A stretch of DNA of 60,962 nucleotides, counting the filler, from Basidiobolus ranarum (taxonomy: Eukaryota), in assembly GCA_040143965.1 (NCBI GenBank). It is 15 parts of 15 records of this genome, joined end to end, with 100 filler letters (N's around TTAATTAATTAA, not from the genome) between each part and the next. Parts side by side here need not be neighbours in the genome. Positions count along the whole stretch, not along the records: positions 48,880 to 52,841 come from JASJQH010009067.1; positions 52,942 to 56,902 come from JASJQH010009068.1; positions 57,003 to 60,962 come from JASJQH010009069.1; 12 more parts are not named here. The stretch is one strand, 5' to 3'. Positions within the stretch are counted from its first letter, which is position 1, and every line of letters starts with the position of its first letter. The position numbers were made by a program, and so were the translations under genes. Shown one piece after another: positions 50,866 to 60,962 of the stretch. The notes beneath the pieces were generated by a model. It was given only the letters and a program-made list of their open reading frames with translations. It was not told where the DNA came from and ran no database searches.

Positions 50866-52841
50866 CCCTGACAGATATGTGAGCATTGTTATTCTAGGAA
50901 AACCATCACAATTTTAATCCATTTGGGATTGACCATTTACTTGTCATCATAAAATTGTCAAGTTAGATTTGATTTGAATCAATTTTTTCAGTTTCAGGAG
51001 TGAAATTTCAAGATCTTGCAAAATAGATGCACATGATTGGCTACAATCCCAGATAACTATGGATCAATGCATGTGCAAAAAATGTAACTTAAATTTACAC
51101 ATTTACCACTCAAATGCTAATTTGTCACCTTCAAAATTTCTAGTTTCTTTGATATATTCTCCTGAATATTTTTATAGAGTTTTTCATACCCAAGGTTTAG
51201 CTCATATTCAACACAAGTTTGTATCAATATCTCCATCAAAGCCCACAGTTGTATTAACATTGCTGAATCCACATTCTTCTAGCTATCTGGTTGATACCCT
51301 GCAATATTATGCCACTCAGTATTAAGTTCTTCCCAGATATCTGCACAGTCAACACCAGATTGAATGTCAACTTGAATGTTCTTCCTCTGAAGTCACTACT
51401 GAGGGTGCTTTGTGGTGTTTGTTTGGCTTTTTGCTTGCCTTTAACTTTGGGGCTAATTTCAACACTCTCAAAAGTACCAATTGAGGTTGGAGTGCCATGA
51501 GTTTTATTTGCCAGTGTTTTGACTTGTTGATAGGTGCTAGGTGTCAGATAAACTTCCAAATTTAGCACTCTTCCAACTGGTGTACCTGGTTCCATGGTCA
51601 AATTAAGCTTTTTTACCAGTATATCTGACTCTGGAAATGTAGATCTTTGTAATTGTGTGAAGAATTAGGTAAGTGGGACAGTAAAGCCTAAACTCACTGG
51701 CTCCTTTGCTTTTCCCTTGGGTTTACTAACTTCCTGCTCCTTGAGTACTTCTATAGCTGCTTTTCTTTCTTTTCCAAGTTGATAATTGCGTCCATTTTTG
51801 AGATGTTTCATGAATTGGATATTACTAGTCCAATAGCCATTTGCTTGCAAAAACCCAGGATAAGCCCCATGAAATAAGTCAAGAACCTTCAGAGTGATGC
51901 CTGGTTTTTGGTTTTTCCACAATTGGCTCAAATCAAGGTGATTTTGGGCAAGATTCCACACAGTTTCCAAAATGTTAAACCACTCATCATCAGAGCAAGT
52001 GATGGCAGCTCTGTCACTCAGAGTCTTTTGATTTGCCGGTTTTCCTACAAGATTTCTAATTTCATTTGCCCAAGCAATGTTGGGTTGTTGTGTAGGCTTA
52101 ATGATCCTATTGGGAAATTATGAGCTGTTTGGAGGAACTTGAGAAAAGTGGAGTTGTGAATAGCTTTGTAAGATAATTATTTATTGTCCAGAAATAAAGC
52201 ATTTATACATTTTTGTGGTAATAGAGAAAACTAACACTGGGTTTGTGTTCAGAACATCTGTGGGAGTAAAATGTGCTATCTTTGGGGCAATTTGGACAAG
52301 TTTGAAATTTCCAATATAATTACTAATTCACACATTATTCACATATATATATGATATGTGTTACAATTTTCAGTTAAGTGTTATTTGTCTAAGTAATGTT
52401 AACTAACTTATATGTGATATATGAAATAGTTAGGTGTATAAAGATAGAAATAACAAAGATGATAAGACAATAAACTTCAACAGGTCCAACACATATTCTG
52501 CTCTGCTAGATTGTCACAGTGGCATTCATATGTATGGTGTGGGATTGATTGAAATCCCATATGAGAATGGATGGAGGGAGCAGCATGTTGCTCTAGCTCA
52601 AGTACAGCATTTTGAAAGTCTTGTATCATTGTTGAGTGACTCTCTAACTGCTGACCAGTTGTTTCCAAATGCTGCATCAATTGTGATATTGTGGCATTAT
52701 TGCTTGTCATGGCCTGTAATGCAACTTCATAGTTTTTACTTATGATTGCATACAAATCATTGTGGTATTCAGCCTGAAATTTCCTTGTTGTAATAACTCT
52801 ATCCCAATCCTCTATGGAGGGTTGTTCAATAGTGAGCAAAG
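50866..52841 (-). mobile_element. Repeat family X, longest copy, interrupted by a solo LTR
   Basis: Plus-strand terminus CCCTGACAG at 50866. ORF pieces 52839-52483, 52102-51665 and 51601 onward share one frame once the LTR and one TSD copy are removed. Confidence 0.88.
52108..52482 (-). mobile_element. Solo LTR, family B (375 bp), with a 5-bp TSD
   Basis: Plus strand TATTG (decayed TGTTG)...CAACA, flanked by GATCC (52103-52107) and GGTCC (52483-52487). The empty site matches the uninterrupted X copy at about 37060-37100. Confidence 0.88.
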
Positions 52842-54184
52842 NNNNNNNNNNNNNNNNNNNNNNNNNNNNNNNNNNNNNNNNNNNNTTAATTAATTAANNN
52901 NNNNNNNNNNNNNNNNNNNNNNNNNNNNNNNNNNNNNNNNNCGTGACTACCCTAAGTAGCACCTAAAACAACCCACTTATACCTCTCTGAAAACTTTGGA
53001 GTCTCTTGTAAACAAATTAATGTGTTCTCTAGCATATAAAATCACAATCATCAATGTTGTGGATCACGTTTTGGCTAGTGTTTGAGTATTGAGTGGCACA
53101 AGATACGCTCATCATACTTCCAACATGTTAAGTATCCCATGATTCAAGGTTCTATTAAGCATACTTATATTACCATTGCATTGTGTTCAAGTTTTGTTAC
53201 AAGTGGTATGAGGTGATTGAATAGATTCAACAAGTAATATGAAGAATAATTGAATGCCATTTGCTAATTTCTTGGCTTGTGTATCTTACAATTAATCAGT
53301 AGATACATCTCTTCTCAGCAAATTCTGCCTAGCGTTAGTAGCAAATGCTGAACCCTAAACACAAAGGATTTCATATGTATTTATTTCCAATCATCATTGA
53401 ATTGCGGTAGATTGGTCTCTAGCGACTATATCACACACCCCCTTCCAATTGAAATCTAAAGCTTCCTACACAGGAGCTTAGATCATAAACTTTCATCAAG
53501 CAATATCTCTTCCATTTGGTGAGCAAGGATAAAATTCTCTTAGATTGAGCACACATTTGACTCTGAATCTTAACTTAACTACGGAGCATTTGTGCTACCA
53601 TCCATCAATTGAAAGCCAGTTTCGGGAGGTGGATAGCATGAAATTCGATGGCATCTCTTCGTTATTTGAATATTGGAAAGGATGCGGTGTTTACATTGTA
53701 GAAGGGCTCCCCCTTGCCGATGGAAATGCTTGATTTAATAACATTGCATTACTGAAATCATCCCCTTTAAAGACAAATATTTGAGGAAATTAGGTTGAGA
53801 AAACCCCGTCCTCGTCCACAGTGCGAAAAAGGAGGCTTTTCCCTTGAAAAGATTCAATCGCCATAACCATTGAATGATGAGGGGATATAGTTGAGATCAT
53901 ATGAAGCTGATGGAAATAAGAAAATACATATGCTGTAGGTGACTATTACTATACAAAGGATAAAAGACAATCAATTAAATACAACAAAATAGAATTGGAT
54001 ATATGAGGAAATGGAGTAAACTTATATCTTCTGAATCGAAGATAGTAGATTCAGAGGTACATACATATAAAGATCTAGTAAAAACTTCCGGGATTTTTGA
54101 GCCACTTTTGCGAATTTTTTTGTGCTTTTCTGAAGACAAACATTTTCGGTGGGAATAGCATAGATATTAGTCATTGATCGTGCT

Positions 54185-55201
54185 TCATACCAGTTGGCAC
54201 CCTTTTTCGAGATGACGTGCTAGAGCATCTCGTCTAGAAAACTCTTTCTCACACTCTCCGCAATGATACAAGGATGTAGCTTTGTGAACAGCAGCCAAAT
54301 GCCGAGTTAAATCGTGCTTTCTGCCAAACGCCTTTGGACATTCCGAACACTTGAATGGACGCGCCAGTTCAGGATAGTGGCTCCGGACGTGAACGTTCAG
54401 GTTGAACTTGCGAGCAAAGCTCTTGTTACAACCTTGATGTGAACAGATATACTTTTTGCTTTTAGCCGCTGCTAATCGTGACTTGGATGATTCTTGAGGC
54501 GCAGGGGCGGTGAAAATATCACTATCAGGTGAGTTAGAGGTGGAGGATTCAGAATCCTGGTGTGATTTGGCTATCTCCTCCAGCGGGGCAAATAATGAAA
54601 AAGACTGTGGATTTTTATCAGCTTTACATATTTCATTATACAAGCCAGCTTCATTGCCAAATTGTAGATAGTTTATATTGTTGATGGCATTAATGGCTGC
54701 TGGATCAACTGGAGTACCTGGGGCAGAGAAATTATCGCACTCAAAATCGGTGGCTGGCGTAAGGAAAGGTGTTAGATCAATTCCTTCCGAGTACAAGCTA
54801 GGAGTGGCATTAAGCATGTCTGGGGAGAAAGTGTCCAAGGATGGGTGGATAGGGGTGCCAGAAAATGTGCCCATTCCAAACTCATTGACATCTTCGAGGA
54901 ATGGTGTATCCAACATTGAGACGGGAGCAAAAAGACCTGGCATACCATAAGAGTTGGGATCTGCTGATAAGGGCTTAGTATCGAACCCATCTAAACTCAA
55001 GGTCAACGGTGTATCAATGGAGGTAGCATTCGACATCGACAAATCAAAATCATTTAGAGAGGGAATATAGGGTGTGGAGAAGAGTGGTATACCACCTTCA
55101 TAACACAAATCTGGACTGTAGGGGATTGTAATGTCATTAAAACATCCAATAGCAGGAGTAAAAGGAGTTGATAACAACGAAAGCATTGGATGGCTATACA
55201 T
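54185..55201 (-). CDS. C2H2 zinc-finger transcription factor (three C-terminal fingers, acidic/Pro-rich N-terminus)
   Basis: CSHQGCNKSFARKFNLNVHVRSH, CSECPKAFGRKHDLTRHLAAVH, CGECEKEFSRRDALARH. Confidence 0.9.
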   Translation of the reverse strand: MYSHPMLSLLSTPFTPAIGCFNDITIPYSPDLCYEGGIPLFSTPYIPSLNDFDLSMSNATSIDTPLTLSLDGFDTKPLSADPNSYGMPGLFAPVSMLDTPFLEDVNEFGMGTFSGTPIHPSLDTFSPDMLNATPSLYSEGIDLTPFLTPATDFECDNFSAPGTPVDPAAINAINNINYLQFGNEAGLYNEICKADKNPQSFSLFAPLEEIAKSHQDSESSTSNSPDSDIFTAPAPQESSKSRLAAAKSKKYICSHQGCNKSFARKFNLNVHVRSHYPELARPFKCSECPKAFGRKHDLTRHLAAVHKATSLYHCGECEKEFSRRDALARHLEKGCQLV

Positions 55202-55226
55202 ATGTATATGAGCTTGACAATCTTAC

Positions 55227-56038
55227 CAATTAAGTCGTACATAGACCAAAAGCCCCACACTAATCTTGCACAGAAAAATACTCCGATGAGAACGATACCA
55301 TTAATCATTTGAAGCAAACTACCCGTGTATCCAAGTTTATCCTAAAGTGAGGGTTAGCTTTGATAGGTGTATAGTACGTTCTTACAAGAGTTACATACCA
55401 TGAACCAATGGAAATTCAAAAACGGTGTACTCAATTCGAACATCAAGAATACGCATCCAAAATACATTAAAAATGGTCGCTACAACAATCAATTTGTTAT
55501 TAACAGGACAGGGGGAGTGAGATATAATTACTTGCTCACTTACGTAAGAATTTATCCCTAAACAGAAACAAGCAACTCCATGAACCGCAAAGCCGATGCC
55601 AAATTCTTTGAGATGGGAGACATGGAATATAGTATCCCATAGGAAATATCTATGCGAGATAATGATTAGCAACAATAATATGAGCTAATTTGGTTCTTTC
55701 TGTACTGACCCTGAGGCAATCGCATAAACTTCACCGGTCCTTTCGCTGTAGCCATAGATTTTATCACGTACTAACTCCGGGTCCCAATGAAGTGGGAACG
55801 CTAATGTACAAATTACAATACAATGCACCAGAGAAACGACATGGACGTCCCAACTAAGGCGCTTAATACTTTTCAAACTACCGTAAGCCTTTGGAAACAG
55901 TAGTGGAGATACCATGCGCGAGGCATAAATAATGAGCTGACAAGTTAAGGTCGATAATAATAAGGTCGGCCAGTGATGTGCCAACTTAGAGAGGCCAAAC
56001 TGATCAAAGAAATCTTCGGAACTCAAAGAGTACTCCAT
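55227..56038 (-). CDS. TLC (TRAM/LAG1/CLN8)-domain membrane protein, TMEM56-like; four exons, final exon(s) absent
   Basis: WDVHVVSLVH, ASG|YFLWD, GFAVHG, RPFLMYFG...FELSTPFLNFHWFM|DKLG...INGIVLIGVFFCARLVWG, then donor GTAAGA with no TLC C-terminus after it. Confidence 0.85.
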
Positions 56039-57131
56039 AGCTTTCTATTCCAACAAGGTAACTAGGTATATTGCACAAGGAAATAAAGAATGATGATAGA
56101 GAAGGAGTACCAAACTGAGTTTATTAGATTGGTAAGTTAACCAATTCGCACGAGACTAACAAAATTCTCTCTCACCAAGCAAAATCTTATAATTCAAACT
56201 TTCCCCTGCACATGAACTCGGGGCTACCTTCACTGCTCCAAATGGTATATAATGAACACATTTAGAAATTTAACCAAACAGCTCCAAGAAATCTCAGAAT
56301 CAGATCAATAGTGGCTACGGTTTGAACTTCTTTGGTCAAGTTTAATTAACCTGATTCATCCCAAAATTGGATGTTGTGAGTACCTGTGCATAGCAAATGG
56401 AACTGGTTGAATGCTGGCTCGGGGGCTACGCCTCCTATTATTATGTGCCAAATCAACCTCATCAAGGGATTCTATTGAGATCAGCTATTCATCAAAGAGT
56501 GATCTAGAGAATGAAGTCACTAATTGATTTATTGCGACTTGACTTTTTCAATCAGGGGCAATGGGCTAGCTCAGCTTCCACCAAGCTATAGATACACTTA
56601 GGTTAGGGTGGATTCTGCAGCAGGCCAGTGACGAATCCATTACTCAGTGACATGGTCTATCATCAGATTCCACATATCAATTCAGGCACGTGATCAGGGC
56701 TATTGATATGCTATTTCCCACAGCACAATCCGTGAATTCAGTAAGAGAAAATTATAACGGCCCACACACACGATATATATGTCACACGCTGTTCCTGATT
56801 GAAAAAGAATTGAAAGGAGCATCTTTGACTGTAAATAAGGTTCTTCCTTCACCTGAACAATACAAGATTGGGACATTAAAGGCGAGTCTGAAAACCAGCA
56901 TANNNNNNNNNNNNNNNNNNNNNNNNNNNNNNNNNNNNNNNNNNNNTTAATTAATTAANNNNNNNNNNNNNNNNNNNNNNNNNNNNNNNNNNNNNNNNNN
57001 NNGAACCTTTTGGTTTAGTGTGTGTCTCAACGAATATAGGATCTCAACACTTCTCAGTGTTCCTCAACAAATTCAATATTCCTCTCTCATTTCTATCCAA
57101 GCCTAGTATCCACCTAGTGAACGTCATTTAG

Positions 57132-58514
57132 TCGAGGAGTTTTTGGTGAATTTACACTATGTCAGTGGTCCATATGATGATGATAAGTCCTTCCAAAACT
57201 TGAATGAATACCTGGAAAGACTCGCCGGAGACAACCTCGAGACCAACAGAGTGTTTTATATGGCATTACCCCCATCCGTTTTCATTCCTGTTGCTCAACA
57301 GATCAAAAAGAATGTATACACTAATAAGGGTTTCAATCGACTTATCGTTGAAAAGCCATTTGGCAAAGACTCCCACTCCTCCAAGGTTCTTTTAAACGCA
57401 TTAGGCTCCTGCTTTAAGGAAGAAGAGGTAAGCTTAGCTGCACAGATAGCAACTTGAATCCAAGGACTGACTAAGGTTTTATTTAGATTTATCGTATTGA
57501 TCATTACTTGGGTAAAGAAATGGTGAAAAATATCATGTCCCTCCGTTTCGCCAATATCTTTCTAGGAGCTATCTGGAATCGTGAATATATTGAGAATGTA
57601 CAGATTACGTTCAAGGAACCTTTCGGTACCGAAGGACGTGGTGGTTACTTTGATGAATTTGGAATTATTCGTGATGTCATGCAAAATCGTTAGTACTTTC
57701 ATATCATACTTTATTATTTATCATTCCCCTCTAACTGGTACATCTTTAAGATCTTCTACAGATTTTATCTTTGGTGGCTATGGAGAGTCCTGCTTCTTTG
57801 GATGCTGAAGATATTCGTTCTGCTAAAGTTAGCGTCTTGAAGTGCATTGCACCAATTACCAAAGACAACATTCTGGTTGGGCAGTACGTTAAAAGTGCTG
57901 ATGGTTCTAAGCCTGGTTATCTTGATGATGACACAGTCCCTCAGGGTTCAAACACTCCTACTTATGCTGTGGCATCCATGTTTGTTGATAACAAAAGATG
58001 GAAAGGAGTCCCATTCATCCTTAAGTGTGGTAAGGCCCTCAATGAGCAAAAAGCCGAGATTCGCATTCAATTCCGTGACGTTAAAGATTGCATCTTCCCT
58101 AATCACTCCCGCAATGAATTAGTTATACGGGTTCAACCCAATGAATCAGTCTATATGAAGATCATGAACAAGAAGCCTGGGCTCTCTATGGATACAGTGA
58201 TATCGGAATTGGATCTGAGTTACAGACGCCGATTCTCTGACATGAAGATCCCTGAAGCATATGAATCTCTCATCTTGGACGGGTTACAAGGCGATCATTC
58301 CAACTTTGTTCGAGATGATGAGTTGGATGAAGCTTGGAGAATCTTTACACCAATCCTCCATCAACTTGAGCGAGAACAAGTTCAGCCATTAAAATATGTA
58401 TATGGATCTCGTGGGCCTGAAGAGGCTACCCACTTTATTGAGAGCCGCGGCTTTGAAAGAGATAGACAGGAATATATTTGGACTGAAGATAGCCATGCTT
58501 CACCCAAGCTGTGA
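57132..58514 (+). CDS. ZWF1: Glucose-6-phosphate 1-dehydrogenase; 5' exons missing
   Basis: [59 protein letters not shown]; two introns. Confidence 0.97.
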
Positions 58515-60962
58515 AATCCAGTGGGATGCTTTCTTCGTAAACCTAGGATATACTAATGCAATAAGTTTCATTCATTACCGTTACCATGGGCGTGATGGGG
58601 GAATTTCTTGACCGTAAATATTCGAATTTCCAGCCATTTAGTTGGTTGGTGTGTTGGAATCAATTAGGATTCGATCTCACTGTAAAATATACGTTTTTCT
58701 CTTCACTCTAAATCCATTCAACATCAAATAAATATCGTGATAGTTTGGTAATCGAATTCACTAGCACACTACAAGAATCTTTCTAATGCTGTTCATCCCT
58801 GCCCTAGCCCCCCGCTTTGTCATTTTTTTTCTTATCGGTGTGGTACAAGATTACCTTTGGGATATACTCTTGTTGTACAAAATGCATGCATAGTCCTGGG
58901 TCTCGCGAGAAAGGCTGTATTCCTGATTTCATCTGACAATCAGGTCTGGAAATTTTGGAAGAAAAAAAGTTTGCCATCCCAGCTGACACTACTCCTTCAT
59001 TGTAAGGTTCATGTGACGATATTGTATTCAGAGAATTTGGGGGATACCAATATTTTTAGAATCAGAGGATTTTGATTGGTTTACTTCTATTTGTTAGTAT
59101 CTGTCAGATGGATTTCCTTCCGAATCTACCAACTCATCGACTTTTGAAGATTCACCTATTATTGCTACCTAATCCCCGCCTTTACACGTCTTTACATGCT
59201 ACCTTCCATGAGCGCTTCTATTTACCTAGGTTGGCGATCTTTCTGAAATCCACATTGGTTGATGGATGCGGTGGTATTCTCTCTCCCATCACTAGAAGGA
59301 ATGGTCACTCCCATTAGTATCTGTAGTTCATTCAAATGCTAGCCACAACCACTCAGAAAAGATGATCGATTCTTTGGAAGCATGGAAAAGGTGCAAATTC
59401 CACGTCACCTAAAACGCCCATTCTTATCAATAGCATTTGTAAACCATTCTAATGTGACTACTAAAGCGCCCACATCTTTCTATCCTTACACTTGCGAGCA
59501 TTTTGGAACTGGCGTTCATCACCTAACCCTACGTTAGTTATTCATCTACCAGTTCTTGAATATTTACTGGTCGTGTTCATTAATCTTTCTACCCTGCATC
59601 TTGTGATGACCGTGACCGGGTGATACATGGATGGTGCTATCCTGGTAATTCTGTATTAGGTAAAGGAAGGTCCAATTCAAACTCTGTATATACATTGATT
59701 AGCTTATAATCTCCATTTGGCTCCATATTACCTAAAGTGTCATCTATAGCCAATGTAAAGCTCCGAATTCTCATCAGAGCAACGTCATCTAGGAGAGAAT
59801 GATCTTTATGGATATTTAGATCGAAGATGACCGTGTTATCTCTACCCTTAGCCTATTTTGTTTGATCCTGATGCATCAGTGTGCATTAATCTATATTCAT
59901 ATATATGCAGCAAATATACCCCCTTCGCTTTCATGGTTGACTCACCTCGTAGCAGATAATGCTGTATATGGCGTTATATAAAGTTGCCATTATCCAGCAC
60001 TCTCCAGTTGGATGGAACAAGTCCAGTGCACCATTATAACAGATCTATTGGAGATGTATACATTGATAGTGCACTTGAAACCTCCATCCTATGCTTGGTA
60101 AGTGCATTGTATTCTAACTGGAAATTCAAGATGTTCGCAATATAGCCGTGGGAATATAGAACTGATATATGGAGTCTTCATATCAGTGGTGCATTGCAAG
60201 TCTTCCGGATTGCTGTAACTTAACATGACTTGGAAGTACTTTGAATACTTTGAATGAATTTTATTTAGATCAGAGTATTTCATTAGTTTTCAACACTTTC
60301 ATAAAGCGTACCCATATTTTTTATTGATTAATGATGTAATCAGTTTGTGATCAACTAACATATTTGTCATAGTCTCTTCTCTGCCTTGGCTTTTCTTATG
60401 GTCAATACTTGAGTACCATGCTGCTCTCTAGCCCTATATCTTTGCCTCCACTACTCGTCTCAATTCACTACTTTGACAACAGTAAAGTGTGGATATGGAT
60501 TTTAATAAAAGTTGGCAAACTAGTTCAGCTTATGGTACTAAAGTAACGTTTTCCAGAATTGTTGTCGGAGGAAACCTACACTATGTTGAGTGCTAAGTAT
60601 ATTAAGTGTTTGCTATTGCTGTATAGCACAGAGAGAGTTGAATAGGCACCTGGGCATAGTTCTTACCGAGATTTATGATAAGGATACTAAGAGAAAACCA
60701 AAAAGAAAAACTTGAGTTCGCTGAATTGGGCTAACTTTGGAGTAAAATGTAACTTACATCCGAGTTTTCACTATAGGTTTAGTTATTGGCATTAATATTA
60801 GTGGTAATAATCTGAATCCGATCATTCTTTCGTAAGTGAATCCCATTAAAAGGCAAGAAATTGGGCTAATACTCAATATTCTGTGAGCGTAAAGTAGCTT
60901 ACATCTTCATTTATTCGCTTGTCCTAGAAATAATATGTTGGAATGTATGATTTCAGGTATAG

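Noticed and set aside
51270-51310. YCRVST resembling a serine-recombinase motif in family X
   Set aside because: It lies in a frame with many stops in the copies checked; a different frame is the conserved, nearly open one.
1-60962. Regularly spaced TTAATTAATTAA motif and apparent gene neighbourhoods across it
   Set aside because: Artificial spacers joining length-sorted contigs; no clusters can be inferred across them.
58800-60962. Short ORFs downstream of G6PD
   Set aside because: No recognisable domain or consistent exon chain.

Overview
This window is not one locus. It is 15 unlinked contigs of about 4 kb, sorted by decreasing length (3982 to 3960 bp) and joined by 100-nt spacers (N44-TTAATTAATTAA-N44), so adjacency across spacers means nothing. 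The DNA is from an AT-rich, intron-containing fungus; an early-diverging lineage (Mucoromycota/Zoopagomycota, possibly Basidiobolus-like) is my inference. Gene-bearing contigs carry kinesin-14 (KAR3-like), RFC2/RFC4, RPS23, a CRIB-domain protein, an NAD(P)-binding reductase, VPS9, HSP90, a PQQ-like propeller protein, a GH18 chitinase, a YCF1-like ABCC transporter, a NIPA-like transporter, an annexin, a TLC-domain gene, a C2H2 zinc-finger gene and G6PD. Repeat-bearing contigs are almost free of CpG and hold nested Ty1/copia relics and LTRs. Highlights: (1) an abundant unrecognised repeat family ending in 5'-CCCT(A/G)ACAG, whose >450-codon ORF can be rebuilt by excising a solo LTR (candidate fungal CACTA/CMC-type transposon with an unknown accessory protein); (2) a bacterial-type NRPS on a contig that also carries a host LTR; (3) a TLC gene truncated inside an intron and abutting a zinc-finger ORF; (4) a decayed Kelch+SNF2 locus followed by three hairpins; (5) a KKYGG/Gly-Tyr-Asp repeat protein missed by the ORF track.
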